From Guillardia theta CCMP2712 (lineage: Eukaryota; Protista; Cryptophyta): a stretch of DNA of 51,148 nt. The position numbers and the translations under genes are program-made. Below, in pieces: positions 38,281 through 50,052 of this stretch (position 1 is the stretch's first letter; every line of letters begins with the position of its first letter). A model generated the notes under the pieces. That model was not told the DNA's origin. It searched no databases and was given only the letters and a program-made list of their open reading frames with translations. The DNA lies in assembly GCF_000315625.1 (NCBI RefSeq), contig NW_005434572.1, positions 79,706-130,853 of the forward strand, read 5' to 3'.

Positions 38281-38983
38281 ATGCAGCCGGTAGAGCAGGT
38301 GAAAAGATGGCGAGCCCGGTAGCAAGGACATGACTGATTGCCGCAGAGATACAAGAAGAAACTCCCAGTCTGCTTCGGTCCCATCACAGACAAGAATGTT
38401 GAGCAAGTGAAGACCCTTAACCGATCCATCTTTCCCGTGAAGTACAACGACAAATTCTACAACGATGTGCAAAACTCTGGAAACTACACTCAACTCGGTA
38501 TGGGCGCTCTTGTTTCTTGCTTTGTGGATGATGCGTGTGTTCTGCTAGCATACTACTCGACAGATATTCTTGTTGGTGCGATCTGCTGCAGGGTGGAGAA
38601 GAAGGAGGACGCCAGTCGACTTTACATCATGACCATCGGCGTCCTTGCCCCTTACCGCTGCTGCGGCGTTGGTAAGCTGCATTGATCCCCAGGGATACAC
38701 GAGAGGTGACTTGAGGCAGGCACGTCGCTCCTGGAAATGTGCTTGAATCTAGCGGCAGAGGATGCAGACATCGACGAAGCATACCTTCATGTCCAGACCT
38801 CCAACACAGATGCCATCAACTTCTACAAGCGCTTCGGGTTCGAAGTGAAGGATAAAATTTTGAATTATTACAAGAGGATCGATCCTCCAGGTGGATACAT
38901 GTTTGTTTTCACCAGCCTGTCTGACGACTTCTTTTCCAGATTGCTTTGTTCTCTCCAAACAGTTCACAAGACGGTCACAATAA
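38281..38983 (+). CDS. NAA50: N-alpha-acetyltransferase 50 (NatE catalytic subunit); 4 short introns
   Basis: [83 protein letters not shown]. Confidence 0.95.
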
Positions 38984-39264
38984 TAAACGAGGGGTTGTGT
39001 AATTTAACATGTTCGAAAGTCTGCGCAGACCTGCCGTTGCCTGGGACATGAGCTCTCCTCATGGACTGTTGATTTATTATCATCTGGAGATCTCGGTATC
39101 GAATCTTCTATCTCATCGTATGGTACAAACATGCAAAGTGAAAAGACATACATCGTCCATGGCTTTCAACAACCCTTCGTGTCATGAAACTTTCGCGCTC
39201 CTCACACAAAGTATGTCACGTTGAGCTGCCAGCCATGTCAAACATCTTAGCACCCTCCTCTCAG

Positions 39265-40106
39265 CTACCTTTGGCGGCTCTTCCCCTCCCTCTGCCAGTT
39301 CGCCTCCCTTGGAAATTTCCTGCCGATAGCTTCAGAAAACCAAAGCATTCCTAAACATCTGTCCTCCCCTCCTCCTCCTACCTGATACTGGGACTTGTCA
39401 AACTGCCTGGGATCACCGAAATTGAATCCCGCAAGCCAGAGGGCTGCAGAGACGAGGTCAGAGCAAGGAGAACAGATGATCTTTCTGGCATGGAGGACCG
39501 TACCTTGCAGGTCGCCGTCGAGGATAAGATAGTATGAAGACCAGACAATCCAGATGCAGTAGAGAGAGGGGACAAGATTCAAGAAGGCAGTGAACAAGAT
39601 GTCGTTCCTAACTTCCCAGCAGGAGCTCAGGGGCAGGTACCCGCACCCGTCCCACCAGATTCTGTGCAGCAGCGAGTGCATCATTAGAGTCACGCCGCAC
39701 TTGAGCACTTTCCAGTTGCAGTACTGTCTCAGATGCACCAAGTTCCCGCTCCTGCCGCAACACAGTCAGCACCACCATCCTCCGCATCTCAGCAGGCGCT
39801 GAGGCAGCGTCATGACGACCTGTTGGCGCTCAGGGCATACCACGAGAAGTAGATCGCAGGCAACGACAGCAGCAACTGCAACCTTACGCTCCGAAGGAAG
39901 ATCCGCTTCGCACTCATGCCTATCGACATGTCGATGAAGGAAGTCTCGGCATCGAAGAAGAGGTCAGGCGATGCGACGATGATCAGCCCCGACAATAACC
40001 GAAACAATGAGGCAAAGAAGTCGCAGACTGCGATGAGCTGCAGACCGCATCGCAGGCTCATGCAGAAGAGGAACGATCCTGCCCTCGGCAACATCTCCTG
40101 TGCCAT
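39265..40106 (-). CDS. Hypothetical multi-pass membrane protein
   Basis: FLFCMSLRCGLQLIAVCDFF N-terminus and about 4 hydrophobic helices over spliced exons. Confidence 0.6.
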
Positions 40107-40383
40107 GGATGGAGGGACTCAGCAGACCATTACAAGGACGATGTCATAACATCTGCAAGGTGGTCGTCAATGACATGATTAAACGAATATCCTTGTCGTG
40201 GACTTGCCAAACTATCTCCCGTCCCACCTGTAGCTCTGATCTTGCTCTCCTGTCCGAGAGAACAATCTTTCATTCCTCTATCCCCCTCTCCTCCTTCCCT
40301 GCCTTCCTCCTCCTCCCCGTCCTTTATGCGACGTGACAGAAAACCAGAAAACAATCTCGCCCATGGCACCGGTTTTAGTTTAT

Positions 40384-40441
40384 CCGTTATGAAGACAGTT
40401 ACAATATTTCTTTACCGTTACGTTGCGCTTCCAAAACCGTT
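40384..40441 (-). promoter_or_regulatory. CCGTTA(C) cluster (TAACGG on the sense strand of the minus gene)
   Basis: CCGTTA 40384, CAGTTA 40396, CCGTTAC 40415, CCGTT 40437. Confidence 0.5.
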
Positions 40442-41454
40442 TCTTACGACCAGCTGAGAGATTGTGTTTTGTTGATTTTTATAAATGTGTATCGCAACAA
40501 ATTAAAACAATGTAAGGAGGTATTTTGGTACCATGAGGAAACTTCTCCAGTACAAGAAGGGTAGTTTACATATATTTATGTTTTAAAAGAGGAAGAGGTC
40601 AGTACTTCATCTGTATCCACCCCTTCTTTGTGGCGCCCTATCGGTATTTTTGGTACCCATCCAATAACTATAAAACTGTTTTGAGATTTGTTTTAAAAGC
40701 GGACTACCCCACCCTTTACATAAGTTGTCAGCACCTTGACCTCACCCCTGTCAACCTCATCAGGTAGCCCCACCCCTACCCGTTCAAAGGGCTTCACGTC
40801 CAGGACATTAGAGGGGTGGTTGAATAGAGCAACCTACCAACGTATATCGAAACGTTGCGACCCCCCAACCCCCACTTTTGAAAATCAGATGTATATCTGT
40901 ACCATCAACGACATATAAGTATTATTCTGTACCAATATTGGTTTTGTTCGTACTGATTACTTAAAACAATTTGTTGGCATTCTTTTTAGTCCAGGCGCAT
41001 GGCAGAAACGAGTTAGGTTGCAGCAGGAGGGAGGACAGGAAAGAGGACGGAGGGAGGTAGGGATATGGAACAACTACGGAGCCATGCGAAAGAAATTATG
41101 AGGAAAGTCTAGAACTTTCAATGCAGACGAGAGGTCATAGACTTAGAAAGAACTGGCCAACCTTGTTGCTCGGGTGCTCTGGGAGTAGGATCCTGCGGAG
41201 GATCTTTACTGAACTTGGAAATGGAGGAAGTAGGAGGAGTTAGGGGTGGATCGTGTGATTGAGTGACCGAATGCGAGGCTTGAATAGACTTCGTCCCCAC
41301 TTTCATGTGCCGGATTCTGCATTGCGCTGACAGTCCTTCGCTCACCAGGAATGGGTATTTCTGTCAAGGTTATTCGGTTGACAAAGAAAGCTCGACAATA
41401 GCAGCAAAGCAACATACAACAGAGAATTGTTGTTCAGTGAAATCAATCGTCGCG

Positions 41455-42412
41455 ATGGTCAAGAACGAATCCCAAACGATCAAGTACAGGCATCCCTTTG
41501 CTGCAGTGACAAGCTCGCTGTGGTCCAAGTACGATGCACACAAGTATGTGAAGGAGGTTGAAGGTGTGTTTAAACGCTGGGAAGCTCATGTACTTTACCT
41601 GAAGCTTGCTGGCAGTGCTGGAGCGATACCTTGATGATGCGGGGAGGCTGCACAGCAAGCGGCTGCTCACTATGCGCGGGAGCCTTCCTGCGATCTTTCA
41701 ACCCTTCGTTCCCGGTGATGCGATCTCTGCCGCTGTGAATGTACTCTAATACGCGTTCAGTTCGCTCTGTTTACATGCTCGAGACTGTTGTGGTCGATGC
41801 CGAGAAGCAAATCATGACGGTCGAAACATCAAATCTCAACTGCAGGTCCTTCGAATTCCCCTCCTGCCGCCCCGTGCTTGACCGTGTATGCGCAGGTCTG
41901 TCTTGCAAGCTTGCAGCAAATCGAGGTACACACCAGACTCATCAAGTCCTGACGACACCACCAAGTATGAGATTGCGATCTTGGTGAATGCCTTCCCGAA
42001 GACCAAGGAGCACGAGGCTTCGCAGACCTCGCCTAGCGAAGGGAAGTCAGAATGGAGGTTTGAGGTGGTGGGTGGCGCGGGAGCAGAATCAGAGAGCAAG
42101 TCATCAGGCTACATTGGTGGAAAGCTTGAGACATGGGCCGTTTCCAAGTTGCTCTCCAACGTGAGCAAGGGGGAGAAGTACATAGAGGGGTTCTGCAGGC
42201 GGTGGCGGGAGAGGCATATGATTTACTGCGATCAAAGTGATGAGCACTGGCATCACTCGGGCAGTGGGCATTTCGGTCCTTTCCACCATACTGCCGACGA
42301 TGATGTGTCGGGTTTGATGACCCGCGAGGATGATGCGCTTGCGAACTGCAGGAATCTTCTGTCGCAGAACCAGCGCATTTCCAAGTATCTGTACAATAGA
42401 TTCATGAAGTAA
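41455..42412 (+). CDS. PRELI/MSF1-domain mitochondrial lipid-transfer protein (Ups/Slowmo family)
   Basis: YRHPFAAVTSSLWSKY, VKEVE/VLERYLDDAGRLHSKRLL, VYMLETVVVDAEKQIMTVETSNLN, GGKLETWAVSKLLSNVSKG. Confidence 0.88.
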
Positions 42413-42602
42413 GGAGCCAAGGGCCAAGGGCTGCAGCATCGAGGGCATCAAGGGATGATGCAGACATGTAAATAACTTTCGTTTCACGCGATCTCGACTT
42501 TGTAGATTGGGAGTTTGTCGAAACTTCACGTCACAGCAAATAAAACACAATCAGAGCGTTGATGGTCTATATTCACAGTTCGCTCTTCTTAAAAGAACAG
42601 TT

Positions 42603-44129
42603 CTACGCTGTTATGTCAAGTCGCAGCTTCACCTGATTTAGTGCCCCGGTGCACTCCATCCCTTCTGAACCCCTCCTGTACGACTGTGGTTTGCACGCAA
42701 ACTTGTCCAGGCTGCTCAAATCTTGTCTCACGCCGTTGTCCCAGCACGCCTCTCTTTCACCATCGGAGTTTTCCGATTCCGATGTGGGGGTGGAGGCCTT
42801 GGATCTGGCTTCAGCCGATTCGTTGTGAGGAGCAATGAGGCTATCAATCCACTTCCATCCTTTGAGCTCGAGGACCAGCAGGTTGTTGCATGATCGTTGC
42901 AGTCGCAAGTCATTGTTAGTATTTACACTCTGTTCAACCTCCTCCCTCGTGGCAGCCGGTTTCCGTCGAGGAGGGAGGCGCATGGCTGGGGCGATTGCCC
43001 CACCACTGTTTCCGTTTGTTGCATGCACCTCCATCCTCACGGGTGCTGGTCCCTGAGGCGTTCCCTGCTCTCCCTGCCTGCTGCATGCGCTGGAAGATCC
43101 CGCTTCTCCCATAGGAGGCACCCTTGGTACGATCATGCTGGCATACTTCTCTAGCCCATGAGCTCGCAATGACGCCTTGACCTGCATTGAGAAGACGGAG
43201 AGGAGAGAGACGATTCTGATCTTACGAATGTCCCTGTCACCAAGGGAAGAAGAAGCAAGAGACTTGAAGATCCAGACAGGCAGATGTCCCCTCTGATTCT
43301 TCCATGTGCAATAGACAGACAGATCTGAGGGCTCCACCTCCTCGCTCTCCTGCACGTCGAGCGGGAAATTTCTATGCCTTTCGTCTGTGTGCAGGTCAAC
43401 GTTTCCGAAGAATTCTCCAAGAAGTCTGCGCTGGAGACAGCTGACTTCTTCCACAAGAGAGGAGAGCCGGTAGCAATGGAAGAAAGGTTCTTCGTGCAAG
43501 CGCTTGAGCACATCGTCCCCCGCATGCTTGCTGCAATGTTGTTGAGCAATCTTCACAACAGCCAGCGTGTTCAACAGAGCAAAGCTTCGGAGAGCATCGA
43601 TATGCATCAGAAATGCAGAGAGCGCCACGAGAATCTGCTTGTATGCCGGATCCTCCAAAACTCTTCGTGCTCTCATGAAGTCGTCAGAGCAGTTCTGTTC
43701 ACGGTCATCCTGATGGATAGACATAAGGAGGGCAAGAGCACAAGCAGGAGCAACGAGATCTACCTGCAGCTTCTGAAGAACAGCTTCGCACTTGGCTTCT
43801 AGGGAGCAAAAGAAGCGGCAGAGCTTGCGCTCGTGTTTGACGTAGAGGAAAGAAACTTTCTCGAGCTCGACAGCGAAGGCGTCACGGAAGGCGGAGATGT
43901 CGTTCTCCTGCCTCTCTGCAAAGACAGTGAGATCAGAGCAAAAGGAAGCAGAGTCGAGCTACCGATAGAATCCTCTCTCCCGACAAGACTTTCCGCTAGC
44001 CTTTTCAGTCTCTGATACACAAATGTGAGCAAGTCGACAGCATGAATCGGGGGTAGCTACCTTGTACTCAATGCATTGCACTTGCCATTCAGGCACCAGC
44101 TCTGTTGTGAATCTTTTCCACAGAGGCAT
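42603..44129 (-). CDS. SPX-domain protein (divergent)
   Basis: N-terminal MPLWKRFTTELVPEWQVQCIEYK/RLKR and SPX C-terminal helix DALRSFALLNTLAVVKIAQQH..LHEEPFF; low-complexity C-terminal half. Confidence 0.72.
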
Positions 44130-45478
44130 GCCGACGAGTTCGAACTCGCAGCTTGTAGAGAAGCAGAGGAGTTCACTACTCCTGGAGAAGGACGAAGGAG
44201 ACGGTAGGAGGAGGACGAGACAAAAGGAGGAGCGAACAGGAGGATAGAAGGGAGAAAGAGTGTGGAGGGGAGGGAAGAGGGTGGATGGGAAGGAAGATGA
44301 GAGAGGGGAGGGAGAGGAGGGAAGGGAGGGAGGAGAACGATCAGGAACGAGCTACAACTTGACTGTCAACGTTGTTACACTCTACCCTGCAAGGCCTTCT
44401 GATGTCCCTGGGAAGTCGGAAGGAGATTTCGCTTTGAGAGATTCAAACTTCTTTGTATGATAATTACAAATTTAGGAGAGATATTTCATAAGTTTCGCGG
44501 ATCGTCGCAGCCCAAGAAGAATTTCCCCCGTCGCCCTCCAAACTCGTGGAGGGGGCGGTCACGTTTCATACCCAGGCTAAAACACATTTAAATGTTTTTA
44601 CAAGGTAGTTTTAGTATTTAAAGCTTTGGATTCACCAGGCTCCTGAAAACATTCGATACCCTGCCGAATCATTTCCATTTATCCCATTTATTTCGATTTA
44701 TCTCGAGTATATTTGAAATATACATGGAGACATGAAGTTATATTTGACAGTATTGTTTCGCTGAAAATCTCCCATTTGGTATTTCATCGGGAGAATTTCA
44801 GAATCTCAAGAAATCTCCAAAGATCGTGCCTACGTACCCACTGAACCCTTTCCTCCCCCTCCACCCCCGTATGTGGTTTGCGTGTAGAGCAGAGGGAAGT
44901 GAACCTGTGGGGTCAAAGGTCCATTTTTTATCGATTGTTCCTATAACCAATACTGCTGCTCCTATGTTATACTGGTTATTGGACATGCTGAGCCACACAC
45001 TTTTAAGATACCCCCACCCTACCCCTGCTTCATCCCACCCCACCCTCTTCCGTAGGGCTGTGCCCCTCAGTCTGATTGACTCTCAAACCATGTGACAGAA
45101 ACTCTCCATAGTTACGGCAGGTCAGATTTCCATTGAAGGGTACATCCTCCCTGCCTTGTCTTGAAGGACCCCTACATATGACTGTATTCATTCAGGTGAT
45201 ATTCATTTTATAATGATATGTAGGTGCCTTTAGCACCCTTGTCGAGAATCGTCCTCGACGTCAGCAGGGGCCGCATCGCTTCTATCTTTGTACCAGGGAT
45301 GACAATGGGGCCACGGCGAGAAAAAAACTTTTCTGAAAACACTCATGTTCAATTTGTTGTGAATGAGAGATAGATCTTTGAGGGATCTGGGTTCGAAACT
45401 GCCTCTTTTCAGCGCCTTGTGGGAGACTTTTACAGCATCCTCAAGATCTCCCACCCCGAGAGATCCTCCAAGCACCTT

Positions 45479-45540
45479 CCGTTACACTGCAACGGCTTCC
45501 ATGTCACTTCGGTTCTGTAACGGCACGTAACGGATAACAG
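45479..45540 (+). promoter_or_regulatory. GTAACGG cluster upstream of the Zn2Cys6 gene
   Basis: CCGTTAC 45479, AACGG 45491, GTAACGG 45517 and 45527, TAACAG 45535. Confidence 0.5.
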
Positions 45541-45980
45541 CTGCAGCAGGTGTAGTACAAATGACCAAATGCAGTAAAGAGGAGGGGGGGTGGGAGACCA
45601 GAGGAGGAGAGGAGGGGAGTGAGAACGATGAAGGAAGGGGGAGAGCGGTGCGAGGATGCAGAGATGGAGATGGAGATGGAGATGGAGATGGTTATAGAGA
45701 TAGGAAGATGCATAGGGATGGGATAGGGTAGCGGCAGGGTGAGGGGCTTGGTTGCAGCAGTTGGAGGTAGGGACGGGGCGGGGGATGGAGGGAGGGATGG
45801 GAATGAGGGGAAACAGTCAGGCGCATCATGGCGTGCAATGTCGCAAAGTAAATGTGAACAGAGAAAGCCGAATAAACGTGTACAGAAAGGGCCAGTGGGA
45901 TAATGCAAAGCCAAGAAGTCCCAAGTGGGCTGTAAACTGAAGATGTTTGTTTATGACAGATCTTGCTCACTTGTTCAAGC

Positions 45981-47744
45981 ATGGGAGATCTGATGTGTGA
46001 CTTTGATCTGGTATCCAACGAGGAGTACTACAAGCCACCGACCTTCTCCCTGGAAGAGGAAGATAACGACTTTGAACTCACTGGAACAGCACATGCTCTG
46101 ACCTTAGTTCACTGTGGACCAGTGTTTACCCTCGACCATGACCAGCCTGATCCTCGTGGTTCCTGTGGACCGAGAGACACCTCGGGAATTGGTGAGGGTC
46201 CGCAGGAGATTGGTCATCAGGCTGACCTCAACTGGGCTGTGAGCGCGATGAGTTCATGCCCATCGCTGCTCAATCCGTACATGCTTGGTGGGTGCGGTGC
46301 GATCGAGCAATCTCTCTCAATGGACCATCTGAATCAGACTAATTATTCCCCTCCTGCTGGCCCTCCTTTCTTTCCCTCCCAAACTCCGTCTGGTCCCACG
46401 TTGCCCAGCTCGGCCGCTCAGAGTTTAGCTTCGCCCTACGGCTTCATGGCGAGTATGCCAGTGAATAACTCAGGGTCGCGGTTGGAGCAAGTGCACAATT
46501 TCATGCCTGATACAGAATCTTTGGAGGATGGGCAGGCGAAGAGGAGGAGGACACGCACAAAGTATGTCGAGTCGGCCTGCGACTTCTGCAAGATGAAGAA
46601 GAAAAAATGCAGCTCGGTGAGGCCGTGTTCGACGTGCATCGTGATGAATAGGTGGGAAGCTTGCAATGCAACAGGTCAGGACCTTCTGGTCTCGATCACT
46701 AGGAGGACGAACACGGTGTTGGGCCGAGATGCTATGATGGAAAGAGTGATGGCAGCCGCGATGGAGAGTAAGTTGAACCTTTGGTCGCTGATGAGGAGGC
46801 TGGTCGAGCTGGGCCTGGATGGGAGCACTTCGATGTCGTTGTTCAGATGCATTCCTCCTGAGTTGAACGAGGTGAGATGAGATGAGATGAGATGAGATGA
46901 GATGAGATGAGGTGAGATGAGGTGAGGTGAGGTGAGGTGAGGTGAGGTGAGGTGAGGTGAGGTGAGGTGAGATGAGATGAGATGAGATGAGATGATTTGC
47001 GGGGAGGTTGACAGGGATGAGAATCATGGAGATGATGATGATGATGATGATAATGGTGGTGGTGGTGGTGGTGGTGGTAATAAGATTACTTTGAAAATCT
47101 GATTATGTATGGCGATGATAACGCGATCGAAGACGACGACGGCGATGGCAATGATGACGTTCAAACGCAGATTTTGTACAAGGGAATACGTGAAAATGTT
47201 CAGTCCAAGATCACTTACGGAGGCACCTGGGAAACTGAAGGAACAAAGAAGTCAGCTCCTGCTCTACCTGCTCATTACACGTGGCAGACCTTTGCAGACG
47301 GTGATTGTCCAATCATTTCATCGGTTTGCAGTAATGTTGTCGCTGTTGTCGCTGTTGTTTCCCAGACATCTATACAGGGCAGACAATCGAAAGCAATGAG
47401 GAGCTCACTGAGAAGTTGACAAGAAGGTCTGGGAAAATAACGAGATCTTTTGTCTTTTGCATGCAATGAGAACTTTCCCCATCCCTCTTGTAGCGTCCAC
47501 TTGAGGACAAACTTGTAACTGATGTGATTGAGAACTTGACAGGTTTGGGCACGATCGTTGGATCTCCATGATAATCGATCCCATCACAAACGGGTGCAAA
47601 CAAGTGATCTTCGGATCAGGTGAAACCCAACACTCAACCATTTGTTGACCAATCTTGTCGTTGTTCCTTGCTGAACTTCACCATCATTTTTCTATCAACA
47701 TCTCCGTCATCATCACCATCATCATCTTCTTTTCTATCAACTTG

Positions 47745-47788
<44 letters not shown>

Positions 47789-48941
47789 TATCATCATCAT
47801 CATCTCCTTCTCCGTTGTTCAACCTCCCTCGCAGGTTATGCGGAGCTCATGGGCTTTCATCCGGAGGAATTCTCGGCTCGGCTCGCAGCCAACAATCTTC
47901 CCTTTCCTTCATCTGAGGTCTGAGGCTCTTTCTTCCAGATGAGAAGGGAGGGAGCGAGGGAGGGAGAGGGAGGGAGGGAGGTCTTTCTTCCAGATGAGAA
48001 GGGAGGGAGCGAGGGACGGAGACGGAGGGACGGAGGGTGGGAGGGTGAGAGGGTGAGAGGGTGAGAGGGAGGTTGGTAGAGCAGGGAGGCAGAAAGGTGA
48101 AGAGCATGGATTTTGATACTTCTTTCTCAGTTCGACACTCTCGTCTACGCTCTTGACCATCTCATAGCCTTGGTCAAAGGAGAAACTGAAATCAAAAGGT
48201 CTTCGAACGAACTCTCTCCCTCCTTCCCTCCTGATCTTGCTCCTTTTCCCCTTCTTTTCGATCTCAATATTGATATGAATGTGCAGGGTGTGGAGGATTG
48301 CAAGGCGATGCAACGAAAACATATACCAACAGCAATCACTTCTAGTTGAGTGCACTCTCCATATTGACCTGGACGAAAAGCATCGGTGAAAACGAAGATT
48401 CCTCCTCCTCCTCCTCCTCCTCCACCACCACCACCACCACCACCACCACCACCTCCTCCTCCTCCTCCTCCTCCTCCTCCTCCTCCTCCTCCTCCTCCTC
48501 CTCCTCGTATGCCGTCCTCCTCCTCTTTTCTCGTGCCCCCCCTTCTTTTCCTTTTCTCTTCTCCCTTCTCTGCTTCCTCGCTGCCTGCAGGTTCCCTCCC
48601 CCCTGCCTCACTCAGAATCTTCTTTCCTGTTGGTTGTCTGACACTAGACTGTCAGTATCGTAGGGTTTACACATTGCTTGAATGTGCTGGACTACGATGC
48701 AAACATGAGTGTGAGTGAAATGCCGCAATTTACTTCTCTCCTGCCGTGCTTCTCCTCTCTTTCTCTCCTCCATCTTACTTTCATTCTCTCCGCCTCTCTC
48801 CTGCTCGTTTCTGTTCTCCTCTCTTCTCTTCTCTTCATGATCTAATCAGACAACAGGTCCTTGAGATACCCAACCTTCCTTCTCTTGGGATGAACCATGT
48901 GCGTTGTTGGCATCTAAATCCCAGCTTGACCCTAATCGTGT

Positions 48942-48983
<42 letters not shown>

Positions 48984-49718
48984 ACTCAGTATCTTATCGT
49001 TTCTTTGCAGCCTGACGTCACCATTGGAGGCTTCATGACGAATCACAAGTGTGAAATGACGGTAAGAAGAAAAAGAAAAGCAGAAGAAGAGTTGACTGCA
49101 AGGATGATTGGTGACATGGTTGTCAACAGCACACAGGAAGGATGTGCTATGTCCGCAAGACAAGGATGGTGAGATTGTTTCTGATAACACTCTCTGTCTC
49201 CTCCTCTTGTCCTCTCCTCGTCGTCCTCATCTCCCACTCCTCCTTCTCCTCCTGCTCCGCTGCTTTCGCCACAGCTACTACTCCCCCCCACACAATATCA
49301 CTTGCTCCTCCCCTTACATCCTACCAGGGCAACGAAAGCCTAAGGGACTTGACCGCCAGGGTGCAGGAGGTCCAAAACTTCTTGTCGCTCTCCTTCCTCC
49401 TACTCTCCTTCTTCTACTCTTCTTGCTCCTCTCCTTTTCCTCTGAATCCTTTTGCTTCTCTCCTATTCCTCCTCCCCCTGACTTTCATGTTTACCTCCTT
49501 TCCCCCCTCACCCTTTTTGTTCTCCTCGCCCCCCTCTTACCCTTCTTGCTTCGCTCCTCCTCCTCCTCCTCCTCCCCCTCCCCCTCCTCCCCTTTCCCCC
49601 TCCCCTTCCTCCTCCTCCTCCTCTTCCCCTTCCTCCTCCTTCTATCCCTCTTTTCTTGCTCGTCTCCTCCTCTTACTCTTCTTGGCAGGTCTATCGTCCC
49701 TTCGTGAACGCGAATTGA
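45981..49718 (+). CDS. Zn(II)2Cys6 binuclear-cluster transcription factor (multi-exon; 3' exons approximate)
   Basis: KRRRTRTKYVESACDFCKMKKKKCSSVRPCSTCIVMNRWEAC (C-x2-C-x6-C-x5-C-x2-C-x8-C, 46578-46664). Downstream exons are separated by microsatellite-filled introns. Confidence 0.8.
46872..46995. repeat. (GATGA)n-(GGTGA)n-(GATGA)n pentamer array starting at a 5' splice site
   Basis: Directly visible; begins at the donor GAG|GTGAGA. Confidence 0.9.
48400..48506. repeat. (CCT)n-(CCA)n-(CCT)n microsatellite
   Basis: Directly visible. Confidence 0.9.
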
Positions 49719-50052
49719 GCGGTGCAACCATCGCAGTCTCCGCTCAGTGCCCGATCCTCGAACAAGTTCAGCGACGCACCGATGTGCTCTGGAGAAAGCT
49801 TCTGTCTCCCTCAGCCAGATTGAGGGCTACAGGAAGCGTCGACAACGTTTGTTGAGATTTGATGAGATGTTATAGACTTGTGACGTGGTTTCATGAGATC
49901 GAAGGTTATGTCACTTTAACATGTATACCCAATTATTTGTGATTAGAATTAAAGTTTGTTGCTCTTTTGTCTCTGCTCAGAATCAAAATTCGCTTCACTT
50001 TGTTCAACTCCTAGCGTGAAAATCTGAGGGCAACCTGACCAGCCTTTCCTCT

